Part shown: piece after piece, positions 26,101-38,439 of the stretch
How the letters are laid out: each line of letters begins with the position of its first letter
How positions within the stretch are numbered: the first letter of the stretch is position 1
NCBI GenBank assembly: GCA_043228905.1
Contig: JBHGNT010000001.1
Coordinates: 8,308,001 to 8,372,000, forward strand
Source of the DNA: Azolla caroliniana
Lineage: Eukaryota; Plantae; Polypodiophyta
Length of the DNA stretch: 64,000 bases
Reading direction: 5' to 3'
Position numbers and translations under genes: made by a program
Notes under the pieces: generated by a model
The model's database searches: none
Seen by the model: only the letters and a program-made list of their open reading frames with translations
What the model was told of the DNA's origin: nothing

Positions 26101-26680
26101 ACGCAAGATACAAGCGGATTTATCTACTCATCTCCAACAAGCTCAACAAACACACAAGGTCTACGCGGATCGTCATCGACTTCCATCCAGTTTTAATATT
26201 GGAGATCAGGTGTGGCTGCTACGACGACACATCAAGACTACTCGTCCATGTGAGAAGTTAGATTATCGGCGATTAGGTCCTTTCCGTATTATTGGACAAA
26301 TTAATGATGTCACTTTTCGTCTCGATCTACCTCCTCAACTTCGGATACATCCGGTGTTTCATAGTTCTCTCCTCGAACCCTACCATGAGAGCACCATCCC
26401 AGGACGTCTTATCCAACCTCCACCCCTGATCGAGCTTGAAGATGGGCCGGAGTACGAGGTTGCCGCCATCCTTGATTCCAAGATTGTTCGCAACAAGCTC
26501 TACTATCTAGTTGATTGGCTAGGCTATAGCCCCAACGAACGTACTTGGGAACCGATCGAGAATGTGACCAATGCTCGTGCTCTTCTTGAAGACTTCCATC
26601 GTCAATATCCACACAAACTAGGTCCTCAATCCAAGACGACTCGTGACACTCGTCGTTTTAAAGGGGGGATAGTGTCATGA
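23136..26680 (+). pseudogene. pol: Chromovirus pol (PR-RT-RNaseH-INT-chromodomain) in the -1 frame, with premature stops and a frameshifting deletion
   Basis: LLDSGA; YLDDLL; EVDTSDFALG; IALDFITDLP; chromodomain EYEVAAILDS...YLVDWLGY...TWEP; in-frame stops at ~23439, 24507, 24534 and 25793; deletion in the INT zinc finger near 25450. Confidence 0.93.
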
Positions 26681-28165
26681 TATGGCAAGACTCGAACCCA
26701 TGACCTTAGGTTATATGGGTCGAGCTCTTGACCATTAGATCATCTATTGTAATACGTAGGGTTTCATTTACATTTTATTATACGTAGATTTCTCTGGAAC
26801 ATTCTAGAAGCTTCAGGATTACTCCTGAAAACACTATAAAAGAGGGCACTAGGCATTATGTTGAACCAAATTGGTTTAACGCTAGTCTTAAGCCTTTTAG
26901 CCACCATTGTATATTCTCTTCATATAATACATATCTTTCTTATCATCACACACACTCTCTCTCTCTCTCAATCTCTCTCTCTCTCTCTCTTTGTCTCAGT
27001 ACTGTTCATGACAACGACTAGCCTTCATCCAACAATGGTCCTCCTCCTCCTTTATTGAGTCGGTGGGCATCCACATAAGATGGACCTATCATGTCCCTAC
27101 AGGGATTTGTATATACTAATCTCATCTGTAAAATTTTATAACTAATGGAAGGAGTTTTTTTTTGGAAAAAAAAGAAAAAAGAAAAAAGAAAAAAGAGAGG
27201 ATGATAATGTATGTGTATACATATACCTTATGTACAGACATTGAGGATGACACTATTTAGCAAACTCATAATACCTTTACTAGATTGAATACAAAACACA
27301 TGGTTGTACTATGTATATACCTAGCCAATCTTTTTATCTATCAACAATGGTGAATCATAATGTGTGGCCTTAAGTTTTTGAACATGAAAGTTGATGCCCT
27401 GAAAATAGGTAAGGCATTTCGCTATCAAAATTATTTGGGTTCCACATCACCTTTAAGCCATGAGGTTTTTTATAGTTCTCACTCCTTGATGGTGTCTGAA
27501 GTCCTTTCGAAATTAACTCACTAAGTGACACTATAATAATTCCTTTACAGGGCATTCATTTATGCATGGTTATAGAAAAAACATAATGGAATTTGTGTGG
27601 TCAACTATATGTTTTATCTAGAGATTATCATAAATCACAAATTGAATCAATCTCAAATGTATGGGGAAATTTGAACCATAGTCCAGGACATGTATTAGTA
27701 ACCATTCGGTTAAGTGTGTGCCTACTTAAGTGCACCATTCTATTAAGTGCGGATTTTATAGAGGTCAAAATCCAGATAAAAAAATTTACAATGTTTCATG
27801 ATGAAATTACATCAAACCAAATTGGAAGTATGTTCCAGACACCCGAAAAAAACAAAATGAGTTTCGGGATTTATTTTTTTTAAAGAATTTGTTACACATG
27901 GTGGGTGGGGTCAATTGAAAATGAAGAGAGAAATGCAATGTAAAAACAAATGCAAATTCAGAAGCGGTCTCTAGTTGCAACGTCAATGTGTATGTTTGTG
28001 TGTCACGTGTTCTATATGTGTCTACGAGTTTGTGTTTTTTATTCTCAGTTAAAGAAAATAAACTTTCTACTAACCTAATTATCAATTTCCTTTTCCTTGC
28101 GTTCAAAGTGCGCACTTAACCGAATGGAAATAAACCTTATGTCCATGGACTTCTACAAAAAGGGG

Positions 28166-31100
28166 TGTGAACGTAAGTGTTTGCGGAAGCGTAAAACAGA
28201 GAACAACAGAGAGAGAGAGAGAGACAGAGAGACAGAGAGAGCAGAACGCAATTTCAAAATTATATCAAAAACTCTCTATACACACTATGCTAAGTAGCAC
28301 TATTTATACAAGTCCTCTTGGGACTGACAGAAGTACCATGTACTTCAATGCTCACACGAGCATCTAACACTTACTACGAGACTATAGCTACCTAGTAGTC
28401 TATCCTATACTAGGCTTCCGATTGGACTTCCGGTTACGGATTGCACCCGGCCTCCATTGCTTGCCGGTTCGGTTGCTCACCGTCATGCCGATCTGTTTCG
28501 CCCGATCCGTCTCACTTACCGGCTCCGGCTTATTCAGCCGATCCGGCTCCGGTTGAGCTTGCCGCTCAACACTCCCCCTCAAGCTCAACCTGAGGTGGGG
28601 TCGTAGTGTCGACCTCTATGGCTGTCGGTTCTTCCAACCGACTTCTCTTGGCGTCACTCCGCCTTGCTCGCGCTCCTCGTCCGGTCTGGTCCCGTTTGCC
28701 GCGACCCCTTTGGTTCTGCACGCCTCGACCCTCTCGGTCGGCATGTCTGCTTAATAGGCCCATCTCAGCACTCACGTTGCTGTGACTCCGGCGCTTGCCG
28801 ATCCGTCGGTTCTCCCACGATGGCATCGACTTCCGCTGTGTCCGTGTCCCCTTGGCCTTCAGTTGATCCGACTCATCCGGATCCATCTGTTGATCCGAGT
28901 CAGCTGTCTCCGACTCGTTCCAGCTCTTGTCTGAATCGGTACACTCCGATTCGACTTCCAGCTTCAGGCCTCTCACCACATCGGACCACTTCCGAGTCTT
29001 GGCCTTCTCCACTTCCGAAATCGAATTCTTCATTCGACTCTGTATCATGGTCAGTACCGTCGTGATGACCTCCGCACAGCATGCACTTCTCTTCCTGAGT
29101 GCACAACTCTTCTTCACAGCCGCTTGCTCCGACCTGTTCGGATATGTCGACTTCCTTCGTCGACTCGGCTTCCTTCATCTTCTTGTCTCCTATTCTTCCA
29201 GCTCTCCTCTTACCGACGGGTTCAACAGTTTTTTGGCCTTTGCCCGTTTCGATAGAGACTTTGCCCTTGCTTCTCCCCCTCAAGTGCGGCACGTCGAGAT
29301 GCTGAATACCAAGCATGTCGGTAAAGTGCTGCAACTTGTCCGATCCGAGCGGCTTGGTGAAGATGTCGGCAACTTGCCGATACGTATGAACATACCGTAG
29401 GTCAACTTCACCGCTCAGGACCCGCTCACGCACGAAGTGGTAGTGCACCTCGATGTGCTTTGTGCGAGCATGGAACACAGGGTTCCTGGCGAGCTGCAGG
29501 CTGCTCATGTTATCGCAGTAAATCGGGATCGGGGCCGATACCTCGATCCGCAAGTCTCGCAGCAAGCGCCGAAGCCAGATGGCTTCACAAGTGGCAACGG
29601 TAGCGGCCCGGTACTCAGCCTCAGTGCTTGACAAAGCCACTGTGGGCTGCTTCTTGCTGCTCCAACGGCCGCGCTACCTATGGAGAACATGTATCCGGAA
29701 GTGGAGCGGCGATCAGACGCATCGTCGGCCCAGTCAGCATCTGTGTAACCGACAAGCTCTTCGGGTATACCTCGCCGGTATAGCAGTCCCCGATCCTTAG
29801 TGCCGCTGACATACCGTAATATTCGTTGCGCGCACTGAAGGTGCTCCACGGTCGGCTTCTGCATGAACTGACTTACCATCCCGACCGGATAGCTGATGTC
29901 GGGTCGGGTGATGGTTAAGTAGATCAGGCTTCCGACAACCTGTTGGAACCGTTTCTCATTGCAGGCCAGTCCGGAGTTGGGACGAAGCTTCTGGTTTCGG
30001 TCCAGGGGTGTCGAGACAGGTCGGCAATCCGTCATGCCGAACTTATACAGCATATTCAACACGTAATGTCGTTGTGAGAGCAATATGCCGTCGGGGGTCC
30101 GGATCACTTCGATCCCAAGAAAATAATGAAGGTCCCCTAGGTCCTTCATTTTGAATGCGTCCGACAACTGGGACTTGATGCGGTTAATTTCGGGAAGACC
30201 CGGTCCGGTGATGACTAAATCATCCACATACAAGAGTATACATACCGGACCGTCAGAGCCTTGCCGGATGAACAATGAAGAGTCCGACTTAGAGACAGCA
30301 AACCCTAGCTTACGCAACCGGTGCGTGATCTTCGCGTTCCAAGCTCGGGGGGCTTGCTTCAAGCCGTAAAGCGACTTCTTCAGTCGGCAGACCGCTGATT
30401 GGTTCATCTCCGATTGAAATCCGGGGGGTTGAGTCATAAAGACTTCTTCTTCAAGCTCTCCTTGAAGGAAGGCGTTCTTCACATCCATCTGGTGAAGATG
30501 CCACCCCCTTGCCACAACAACTGCCAGTACCACACGAACCGTCGTCATCTTCGCCACAGGAGCGAAGGTCTCGTCGTAGTCGATTCCGTGGGTCTGCGCG
30601 TATCCCTTCGTCACTAACCGGGCTTTGTACCGGTTAACAGAACCGTCGGCGTTGTACTTGACCTTGTACACCCACTTGCATCCGATCGGTTTACAGTGAC
30701 GGGGAGGATCAACTAGGTCCCAAGTTTCGTTGGCATCGAGTGCCCGCATTTCTTCGTCCATAGCGGCACGCCAATTTGCGTCCTTTGCTGCTTCTGCGTA
30801 GCTCCCCGGCTCATGCACTTCTGTCACCATAGTCATGTATGCATAATGATGCGCCATGTATTCATTGTACCCGTACCGCATGACGGGATCCTTCTGGCGG
30901 GTTGATCGGCGCAACGCACCGTCACCTGATTTGAGGCCCTTCTTGGCCAGTTCGGTCTTCGTTGCCGAAGATCCGCCTTTCTCCTTTCCGGAGTCGGATA
31001 CGCACCGATCCGACTCATCGTTGCCGGTTTCGAATTCCGGCATCTTCCTCTTCCCCTTCTCTTTGCGCGTGAACCGTTTCCTTGGTGCCTTGCACGGGGA

Positions 31101-34016
31101 GAGAATGATAGAGTCTCCACCACTTGCCGTCTCTTCATCCGACTGGTCCAACCGACTCAGTCGCTCGTTCGGTCCACTCAACCGTAACGATTCCGGACTC
31201 TCATCTTGAGTCCCAGCTTCATCATCCTCTGCCAGGGCTGATTCAGGCTCACTGGCCTGATCTTCCGGCATTGGGTCGGGATCGGAAGTCGGAGTCGGTA
31301 CAGAGTACCAAGATGCCAATTCATCGAACTCGACATCCCGGCTAACTCAGACTTCCTTCGTCCGGGGGTTATAGCACTTATACCCCTTTTGCTCTTGAGC
31401 ATAGCCGACTAGGATGCATTTTTCCGATTTTGCATCCAGCTTTCTCCGCTTCTGATCCGGCACATGCACGTACGCTATGCTGCCGAATATCCGAAGGTGT
31501 CTTAAGTTCGGCTTGCGCCCGAAATACAGCTCATGAGCTGACACCTTGTCACCAATGCGGTTTTGTATGTAGACGGCTGTCTGGACCGCCTCCGCCCAGT
31601 AGAACCAGGGCATGCTCTTCTCCTCCAGCATTTTCCTTGCCGCTTCGACGAGTGTCCGGTTCTTCCTTTCGGCCACACCATTTTGCTCCGGTGTGTATCT
31701 GCAGCTGAACTCTCGCCGAATTCCCTTTTGCTGCAGATAACTAGTGAATTGGCCGGAAAAATATTCCTTTCCGCCATCCGACCGAAGGCATTTGATCTTC
31801 CTCTCCGATTCCCGTTCCACCATCTTCTGGAGGCTCCGGAAACAGTCGAAGACTTTGCTCTTCCGCTCAATGAGGTAGATCCAAGTATGTCGAGTATAGT
31901 CGTCGATGAAGGAGACGAAGTACCGACTCCCGCCAAGGCTTACACTTTGTGCCGGTCCCCACACATTCGAATGGATGAGATCGAGCTTGTTATGGCTTCG
32001 GTTCCGTTCGGTGGGGAATGGAAGCCGGTGTTGCTTCCCAAGTTGGCAGGCTTCACAAATTTCGGCTCTCCGGCCGCTGAACTTTGGCAAACCGAAAACG
32101 ACTTGTTTCGTTTGCAGGTCTTGAAGCCTCCGGTAGTTGATGTGGCCTATCCGCTTGTGCCATAGGTCGATGTCCGACTCGACCTTCTGTCGTTTCGCGA
32201 ACAGAGCGGTGCCAATGTCATTGGTGTTGAGGATAAACATCCTCCCGTCTCTGCGCCCTTGCGCAATGACTTCGCCCTCATCCTCAATGAAGCACCCGAG
32301 GTGCGTAAACCGCACCTGCATCCCCTGGTCGACAATCTGACCGACGGACACCAGGTTCTTCGTGATCGTCGGAACGTGTAATACGTTCATAAGCTTCCCT
32401 TTCTGTTCGACATGGCTTAGAGGGACTTCCCCGACGTGCACGATTGGGTGTGGAGTGTCGTCTCCGGTTTCGACTACTCCTGGTTGATCCGGTTTCTCCA
32501 GAAAGGAGAACCACTCTTTGTGGCTCGTCATGTGGTTCGACGCGCCGGAATCAACATACCACACTTCCTCCGTTTTGGAAGTGGTCCTCTTCATTGAGTT
32601 TGCCTTGTGATTCATCACCAAGGCTGGCCCCTTACCGGCCTTTCCGGTTCCGGATCCTCCTGATCCGTTTGCGTAGTGCGAGTTTTGCCGGCCATCCTTA
32701 CCGGTCTTGCCGGATCCGGATTTGTCCGAATCGGCACGCTTTCTCCAGCACTCGCTTTCCCTGTGGCCTTTTTTGCCATAGTACCAGCATTCCGTAGCGG
32801 ATTTGTCTTGCCGGCCTCCGGCACCGCCTTGACTCCCCCTGCTTGTGGAAGTCCCGGAACTGCTGTCGGCACACTCATAGTGCCTCCGTTCCTGCTCTTG
32901 CCGGCCGCCTCCATTGCGTGCCGACCCTCCTCTTCCACCACGCCCACGGAACCGATCCGTTCCCGTGTACAACATTCGGCTGTCCGGGGATGCACTGGTA
33001 GATGCACCAGCGTGGTTCTCCTCTACAAGGAGCATCGACTGTAAGTCGAAGAATGAGGGGGTATTCTCCCTTGGACACACCGCAGTCCGGAACGCTCCGA
33101 ACTTGGACCCCAGGCCTCTGAGACATACCTGCACCATCTCGTCTTCCTCTACGGTAACATTGATAGAGGCGAGTGAGTCGCAAATCTCCTTTATTCGGCC
33201 CGTGTAGTCTGCCACAGACATGTTCTTCTGTCGAACATTGCTCAACTCCTGTTTGAGTTGCAGCTTCCGGGCAGTGGTGCTTGCGGCGAAAACCTTTTTC
33301 AGGTTCCCCCAAGCATCCTTCGGTGTCTTGGCGTCACGGATGTGGCTGAGCAGCTGATCGCCGACACTGGAAGCGAAGCAGTACATCACCCTGCTTGCCG
33401 CCTGTTCCCATACCGGGAAGTCCTTGTGTGTCGAGTCTGGCGCCGCATCATTCGCTCCTTCGACATAACTCCAGTACCCGTGTCCAAGCAGGTACTGGTG
33501 CATCTTGTAAGACCAGGATGCGTAGTTGCTCCTGTCGAGCTTTTCCACCGGGAGCGACGTAGCCATGCCTCTATCCATGTCTTCTACTGTGTCTGTTTTC
33601 GACCTGTTAGGGTTTTCTTCTCAAGAGTAAATGTCTGCGGTAGAGGTTCTCAACCCTCGCGCTCTGATACCATGTGAACGTAAGTGTTTGGGGAAGCGTA
33701 AAACAGAGAACAACAGAGAGACAGAGAGAGCAGAACGCAATTTCAAAATTATATCAAAAACTCTCTATACACTGTGCTAAGTAGCACTATTTATACAAGT
33801 GGGACTGACAGAAGTACCATGTACTTCAATGCTCACACGAGCATCTAACACTTACTACGAGACTATAGCTACCTAGTAGTCTATCCTATACTAGGCTTCC
33901 GATTGGACTTCCGGTTACAGATTGCACCCGGCCTGCATTGCTTGCCGGTTCGGTTGCTCACCGTCATGCCGATCTGTTTCGCCCGATCCGTCTCACTTAC
34001 CGGCTCCGGCTCAACA
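28166..34016 (-). mobile_element. Full-length Ty1/Copia LTR retrotransposon, 5-bp TSD AGGGG
   Basis: 5' LTR 33673-34016, 3' LTR 28166-28571; PBS TGGTATCAGAGC (tRNA-iMet) at 33672-33661; PPT cttgagggggag at 28583-28572; AGGGG at 28161-28165 and 34017-34021. Confidence 0.97.
28900..33578 (-). pseudogene. Copia gag-PR-INT-RT-RNaseH polyprotein with one in-frame stop (~31347) and a frameshift (~29665)
   Basis: WYVDSGASNH, LWHKRIGH...CEAC, LRSDGGKEY, QMDVKNAFL, LYVDDL, ADIFTKPL; zinc knuckle C->Y and integrase D->N (HSNVWGP) substitutions. Confidence 0.95.
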
Positions 34017-35039
34017 AGGGGAAATGGCCAATCAACACTAAGCATGGGTGGAAGATACGGGCGGCGACGCGCGCCACCGAGGAACTACACGAGGCCTGCC
34101 CAAACGTACGAGTCAAGATCGGCGACGTCGAAATATACCAACACTTCTTTGTGCAAGAAACGTCCTCGCACCCGGTCATTCTAGGGGAACTGTACATTAT
34201 GGCGGCGCGAATGGAGACCAAGGTGCTGGACAACGGGTCGGCTTACGCGAGGGTCAAGAGCCAAGACAGGCGTCATTTAGTCCAGTTCCTGATGGTACAA
34301 CCCAACCACGAGCGAAACCGCGAGTCCCTCGGTGGCGAGAACCGAGAGGATTTTTAGAGAGGGTTGCCAAGGCGTGGGGCCGCGACAGTCCGGACACTCC
34401 AGGAAAACCCCACAAATGTACGATAAAAGCGAAACCAAAGAATCCTTGTACCATAAGTAGGAAGTTTTGTTTCTCCAACAACGGGGGGTGTACGATAGTC
34501 AGCGTCGTAGGTCGAGAAAAGACAAGGGCGGAAGAGCGACTTCGGGCGTGCGGAGTTCTCGGGCCCAACGAGGAAATCGACGGAGCCGTGGAGGCGGTCT
34601 CCTTCGACGATACCTTGGGAATACTGCGAGAGGTGGTCGGAGAGGGCCTTAAAGAGGACCGGACGATACCGGTTTGTTCAGAAGAGATGTATGGAGTCAT
34701 CGCGGGCTTCAGTCGGGGGCTCGAGTCGGATCGGACGGCCCGGGTTAACATGAAGTACAAGACTGTGGACCGGAAGGTAAGGCTAGTCGCGGCACCCTTA
34801 CTGGAGGGCAGCGAGTTGCGAATCGAAGGGGTCGCGTCGGACCCCAGTTTACGTGATCCAGCCTGCATAGGACACACCTTCACCGACAAAACGCTACGGG
34901 AGCTCAAAATCGGTGGGGGCGGGTTCCTACTGCCGGCGGAAGAAGACCGGTTTCGGAGAATGCTCGGAAGGCACGGTGTCAAGGTATTCCTCGCGGATGC
35001 GTGGAGTGAGGCGGGACCTCGGGGGTCCTGTACCGAAGA

Positions 35040-35077
<38 letters not shown>

Positions 35078-35697
35078 CACTACGTGCGAGCGTAGATTCA
35101 CAGGGACACGGCCCTTCGACGCAAAGACGCGAATGGGACAATGACACAGAAAACCACGAAAGTATGTATGTATTGACAAGACAAACAACAAGAACACGAG
35201 GACAACAAAACATGACGCCGGTTACAACCGAACAGGCCGACGGACAGATACCGATACCTGTTCGTAAACGCACAGAAAGACAGGAACAGGTTGGAGGTGC
35301 TGCCGGAAGCACTCGGGCATTCCTTAGAGCAGCGCGGGCCTCCCGAAACCTGCACAGAAGGAAGCTATGGCGTTTGCAACCAGAAAGAGAGAGAGAAGCC
35401 TTCGCACGCAAACCGACAGCACTTCGTCCTCGACTCTCCGCGATCCTTCTACCCTCCTCGTCTCCCTCCTTTTATAGGCAAGGAAGGAGCCGTTTCCGCT
35501 TTACTCCCTACCTACCGAATCTACCTAGGATCTCCTATGTACAACTTAAGGCGCACGTGCATGAAGAGTCGGTTTCTACGCTCCGGTACACCGATTCCGC
35601 TTGTGGACGGTTTTCTTCACGACATCCGCCCCCACCTAACCGCGCATCCACCGGCATGCGCCAAATTGTGTTTGGACGGAGAAAACCCGTCCAGCCA

Positions 35698-38439
35698 TCA
35701 TTCCCCGCCCGTCGGCTCTTCCTCGGTTTCGGATCGCTCGTCGTCGCGGTCCAAGTCATCCTGATCCGGCTCGTCGTCGTGACGCTTCTTGAACGTCTTG
35801 ATCCGCTTTCCAGCTACCGGTATCGTTATTCTCGTACCGTCGAGTTCCGCCAGATGGTACGTCCCGTTGTCGTTGGTGCTTTGTACCACGTAAGGCCCGA
35901 ACCACCTTCTTGCGAACTTCCGTGTCGCTCGGTGCTGGTTGTCGAGGCTGCTGTCGTAGACTAGCACCCAGTCGCCTTCCTCGATCTTCTTCGGTCGGAG
36001 CCGGTGCGTCCGGTCGAACCGGGCTTTGTTCCTCGTCCTGGCCACCCCAAGCTTTTCCGCAGCCCGCTCCACGTCCTCCGGTCTCCGCTCGAGCTGTCAT
36101 ATGCGCGCCGTCAGCAGTTCCTCCCGTTCTTCCTTCATCGCCACCACCCGGAGCGGAGCGCCGTACCTCTTCTTCGGGTGCTTCCATAAGTATCCGTCCC
36201 GGAGAAAGAATCGGTAAGCTTTCTTCCGGATCCGGTTGGCCTCGCCCTTCGTCCATGACGCATCCGGCGTCATTGTCCTCAAAAATCCACCGATTTGGAG
36301 CCACTCGCCGTCGTACTTGCTCTCGTCGAAGTCGTTAAGTGCCGGAGTGCTCGTCCCATCGGTCGTCACGTATGCCGCCTTGAAGAAGTCCACGCCGACT
36401 TCTTCGTCCTCCGAAACCATGCCGCCCTCGTCATCAAACCTCGCCCTTGAAAGCATGTCGGCTATGGCGTTGTCCTTTCCGGAAATGTGTCGTATCTCTG
36501 GGTCCAGGGACTTGATGTACGCTATCCACCTGAGCATCGCCAGGTCCGGTGTCGCGCATCCGGAGACCATGCCAAGAATCGGCAGGCAATCCGTCTCGAT
36601 AATCACTTCTGTCCCGATCAGGTAGTCTTTGTCGGCCTTTACTGCCGAAACGATACCGCAGAGTTCACGTTTAACCTGGGCGTACCCTCGCTGTCGCTCA
36701 TTGAGGACCTTCGCGCCGCATCGGATCGGGAACCGAATGCCGTCCTCGTCTTCTTGGTTGACGACCCATCCAATCCCGGTCGGACTCGTATCCACCGTTA
36801 TGTATACCGGGGTACCCTTCTCGTAGACAGCCTTCCGGAGCGCCGGTGTTGCCATAAGAGCTTCCTTCAGCTTCCGGACCGACCCCGTGTGCTCGTCTCG
36901 CCACTCGAATTTTCGCCCTTTCTTCAGCAACCCGTATAGCGGCTCCGCAACGTGGGCGTAATGCGGGATCCATATGTGGTAGAATGCGCATGCCCCCAGG
37001 AACCTCCGAACTTCCGTAACCGAGCTACAGTCGGTCTTCATCGCGGAGATGGCTTCTACCTTTGCCGAAGACGGCTTCCGACCATAAGGTCCACATAGGT
37101 GTCCGACCACCAGGAGTTCTGATTGCCCGAAGGCCGATTTCTCCCCGGAGAAGGTGAGCCTAGCATCCTCTAGCCTTTGTAGCACCTTCTCGCAGTCGTC
37201 GATGTGTTTCTCTACGAATCGCCGGCATCCGTCCGGCTCGACTGTCTCGTCCTTCTCCTCCACCGGGCACCCCTTTATCGGGATGTCGTCCAGAAATGGC
37301 ATGGTGATGTCGGGGATGCAATCCCTCAGTACCTTGTTCATTGCATTTACCATGTGAGCCACCGAGTTAGTCCCTCCTTGTGGCAGGGTACACATTCGCA
37401 CTAGGCCGAGGGGAGTTCGCATTGTCGTAATGTCTCTGCTCTCCACGGCTAGCTGGAACTGGTCGTACCCCGAGTACAAATCACCGACCGAGTAAATCGA
37501 CCTTCTGGCGAAGGCCTCCGCGAACTCGTCTATGGTCGGTCCGATTCCTGCGTTCCGGATGGTCACTCTGTTGACCGGCTGCAGGTCCTGAATGAAGCGC
37601 AATGTTCCGTTTTTCTTTGGTACGGTAAACCATCGGTTCGAGTATGGGGCACTCGACGGTTCGAGAATGCCCATATCTACTTTCTGCCTCAGTAGCTCCA
37701 TCAACTTCGGGATGTGAGCTCTCGGTACTGGGATCGGCTTGAGATTCCACGGTACATGCGGTACCGTGAATATCACCATCGGCTGCACGATCGTCGGGTC
37801 TACGCACCCGATCTCTCCCGGTGAGAATGCGAAGGCTTTCCCGTGCCTTCCGAGCATCCTCCGAAACCGGTCTTCCTCCGCCAGCAGTAGGAACCCGCCC
37901 CCACCGATTTTGAGCTCCCGGAGCGTCCCGTCGGTGAAGGTGTGTCCTATGCAGGCCGGATCTCGTAAACTGGGGTCCGACGCAACCCCTCTAATCCGGG
38001 ACTCGCTGCCCTCCGGTAAGGGTGCCGCGACTGGCCTTACCTTCCGGTCCACAGTCTTGTACTTTGTGCTAACTCGGGCTGTCCGATCCGACCCGAGCCC
38101 CCGACTGAAGTTCACGATGACTTCGTACATCTTTTCGGAACATACCGGTATCGTCCGGTCTTCGTTAAGGTCTTCTCCGGCAACCTTCCTCAGCATCCCT
38201 AAGGTGTCGTCGAAGGAGACCGCCTCCACGGCTCCGCTGATTTCCTCGTCCGGGCCAAGAACTCCGCACGCTCGAAGTCGCTCTTCCGCCCTTGTCTTTT
38301 CTCGGCCAACGATGCCGACCATCATACACCCTCCGTTGTCGGAGAAGCAAAATCCCCTACCTATCGTACAGTCATGGGGTCTTTTCCGAGTGTCCGGGCT
38401 GTCTCGGCCCCACGCCTTGGCAGCCCTCTCTAAAAATCC
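35698..38439 (-). pseudogene. pol: Element B pol (RT-RNase H, integrase core deleted), entered by a -1 shift
   Basis: Open frame 38439 to 36097 with DLYSGYDQF, PFLDDIPIK, TVDTSPTGIG; jumps from EREELL directly into the integrase C-terminus. Confidence 0.9.

Larger units (their letters stand above)
21485..27013 (+). mobile_element. Full-length Ty3/Gypsy chromovirus (Tcn1-like), defective pol, 5-bp TSD ACGAC
   Basis: LTRs 21485-21910 and 26673-27013 (TGTCATGA...TCATGACA); ACGAC at 21480-21484 and 27014-27018; PPT aaaggggggatag at 26660-26672; order gag-PR-RT-RH-INT-chromodomain. Confidence 0.96.

Noticed and set aside
34254-35964. Long ORFs crossing the LTR of B (also 40998-41954), considered as env-like or antisense genes
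   Set aside because: Chimeric across insertion junctions and (GA)n tracts whose length differs between the two LTRs
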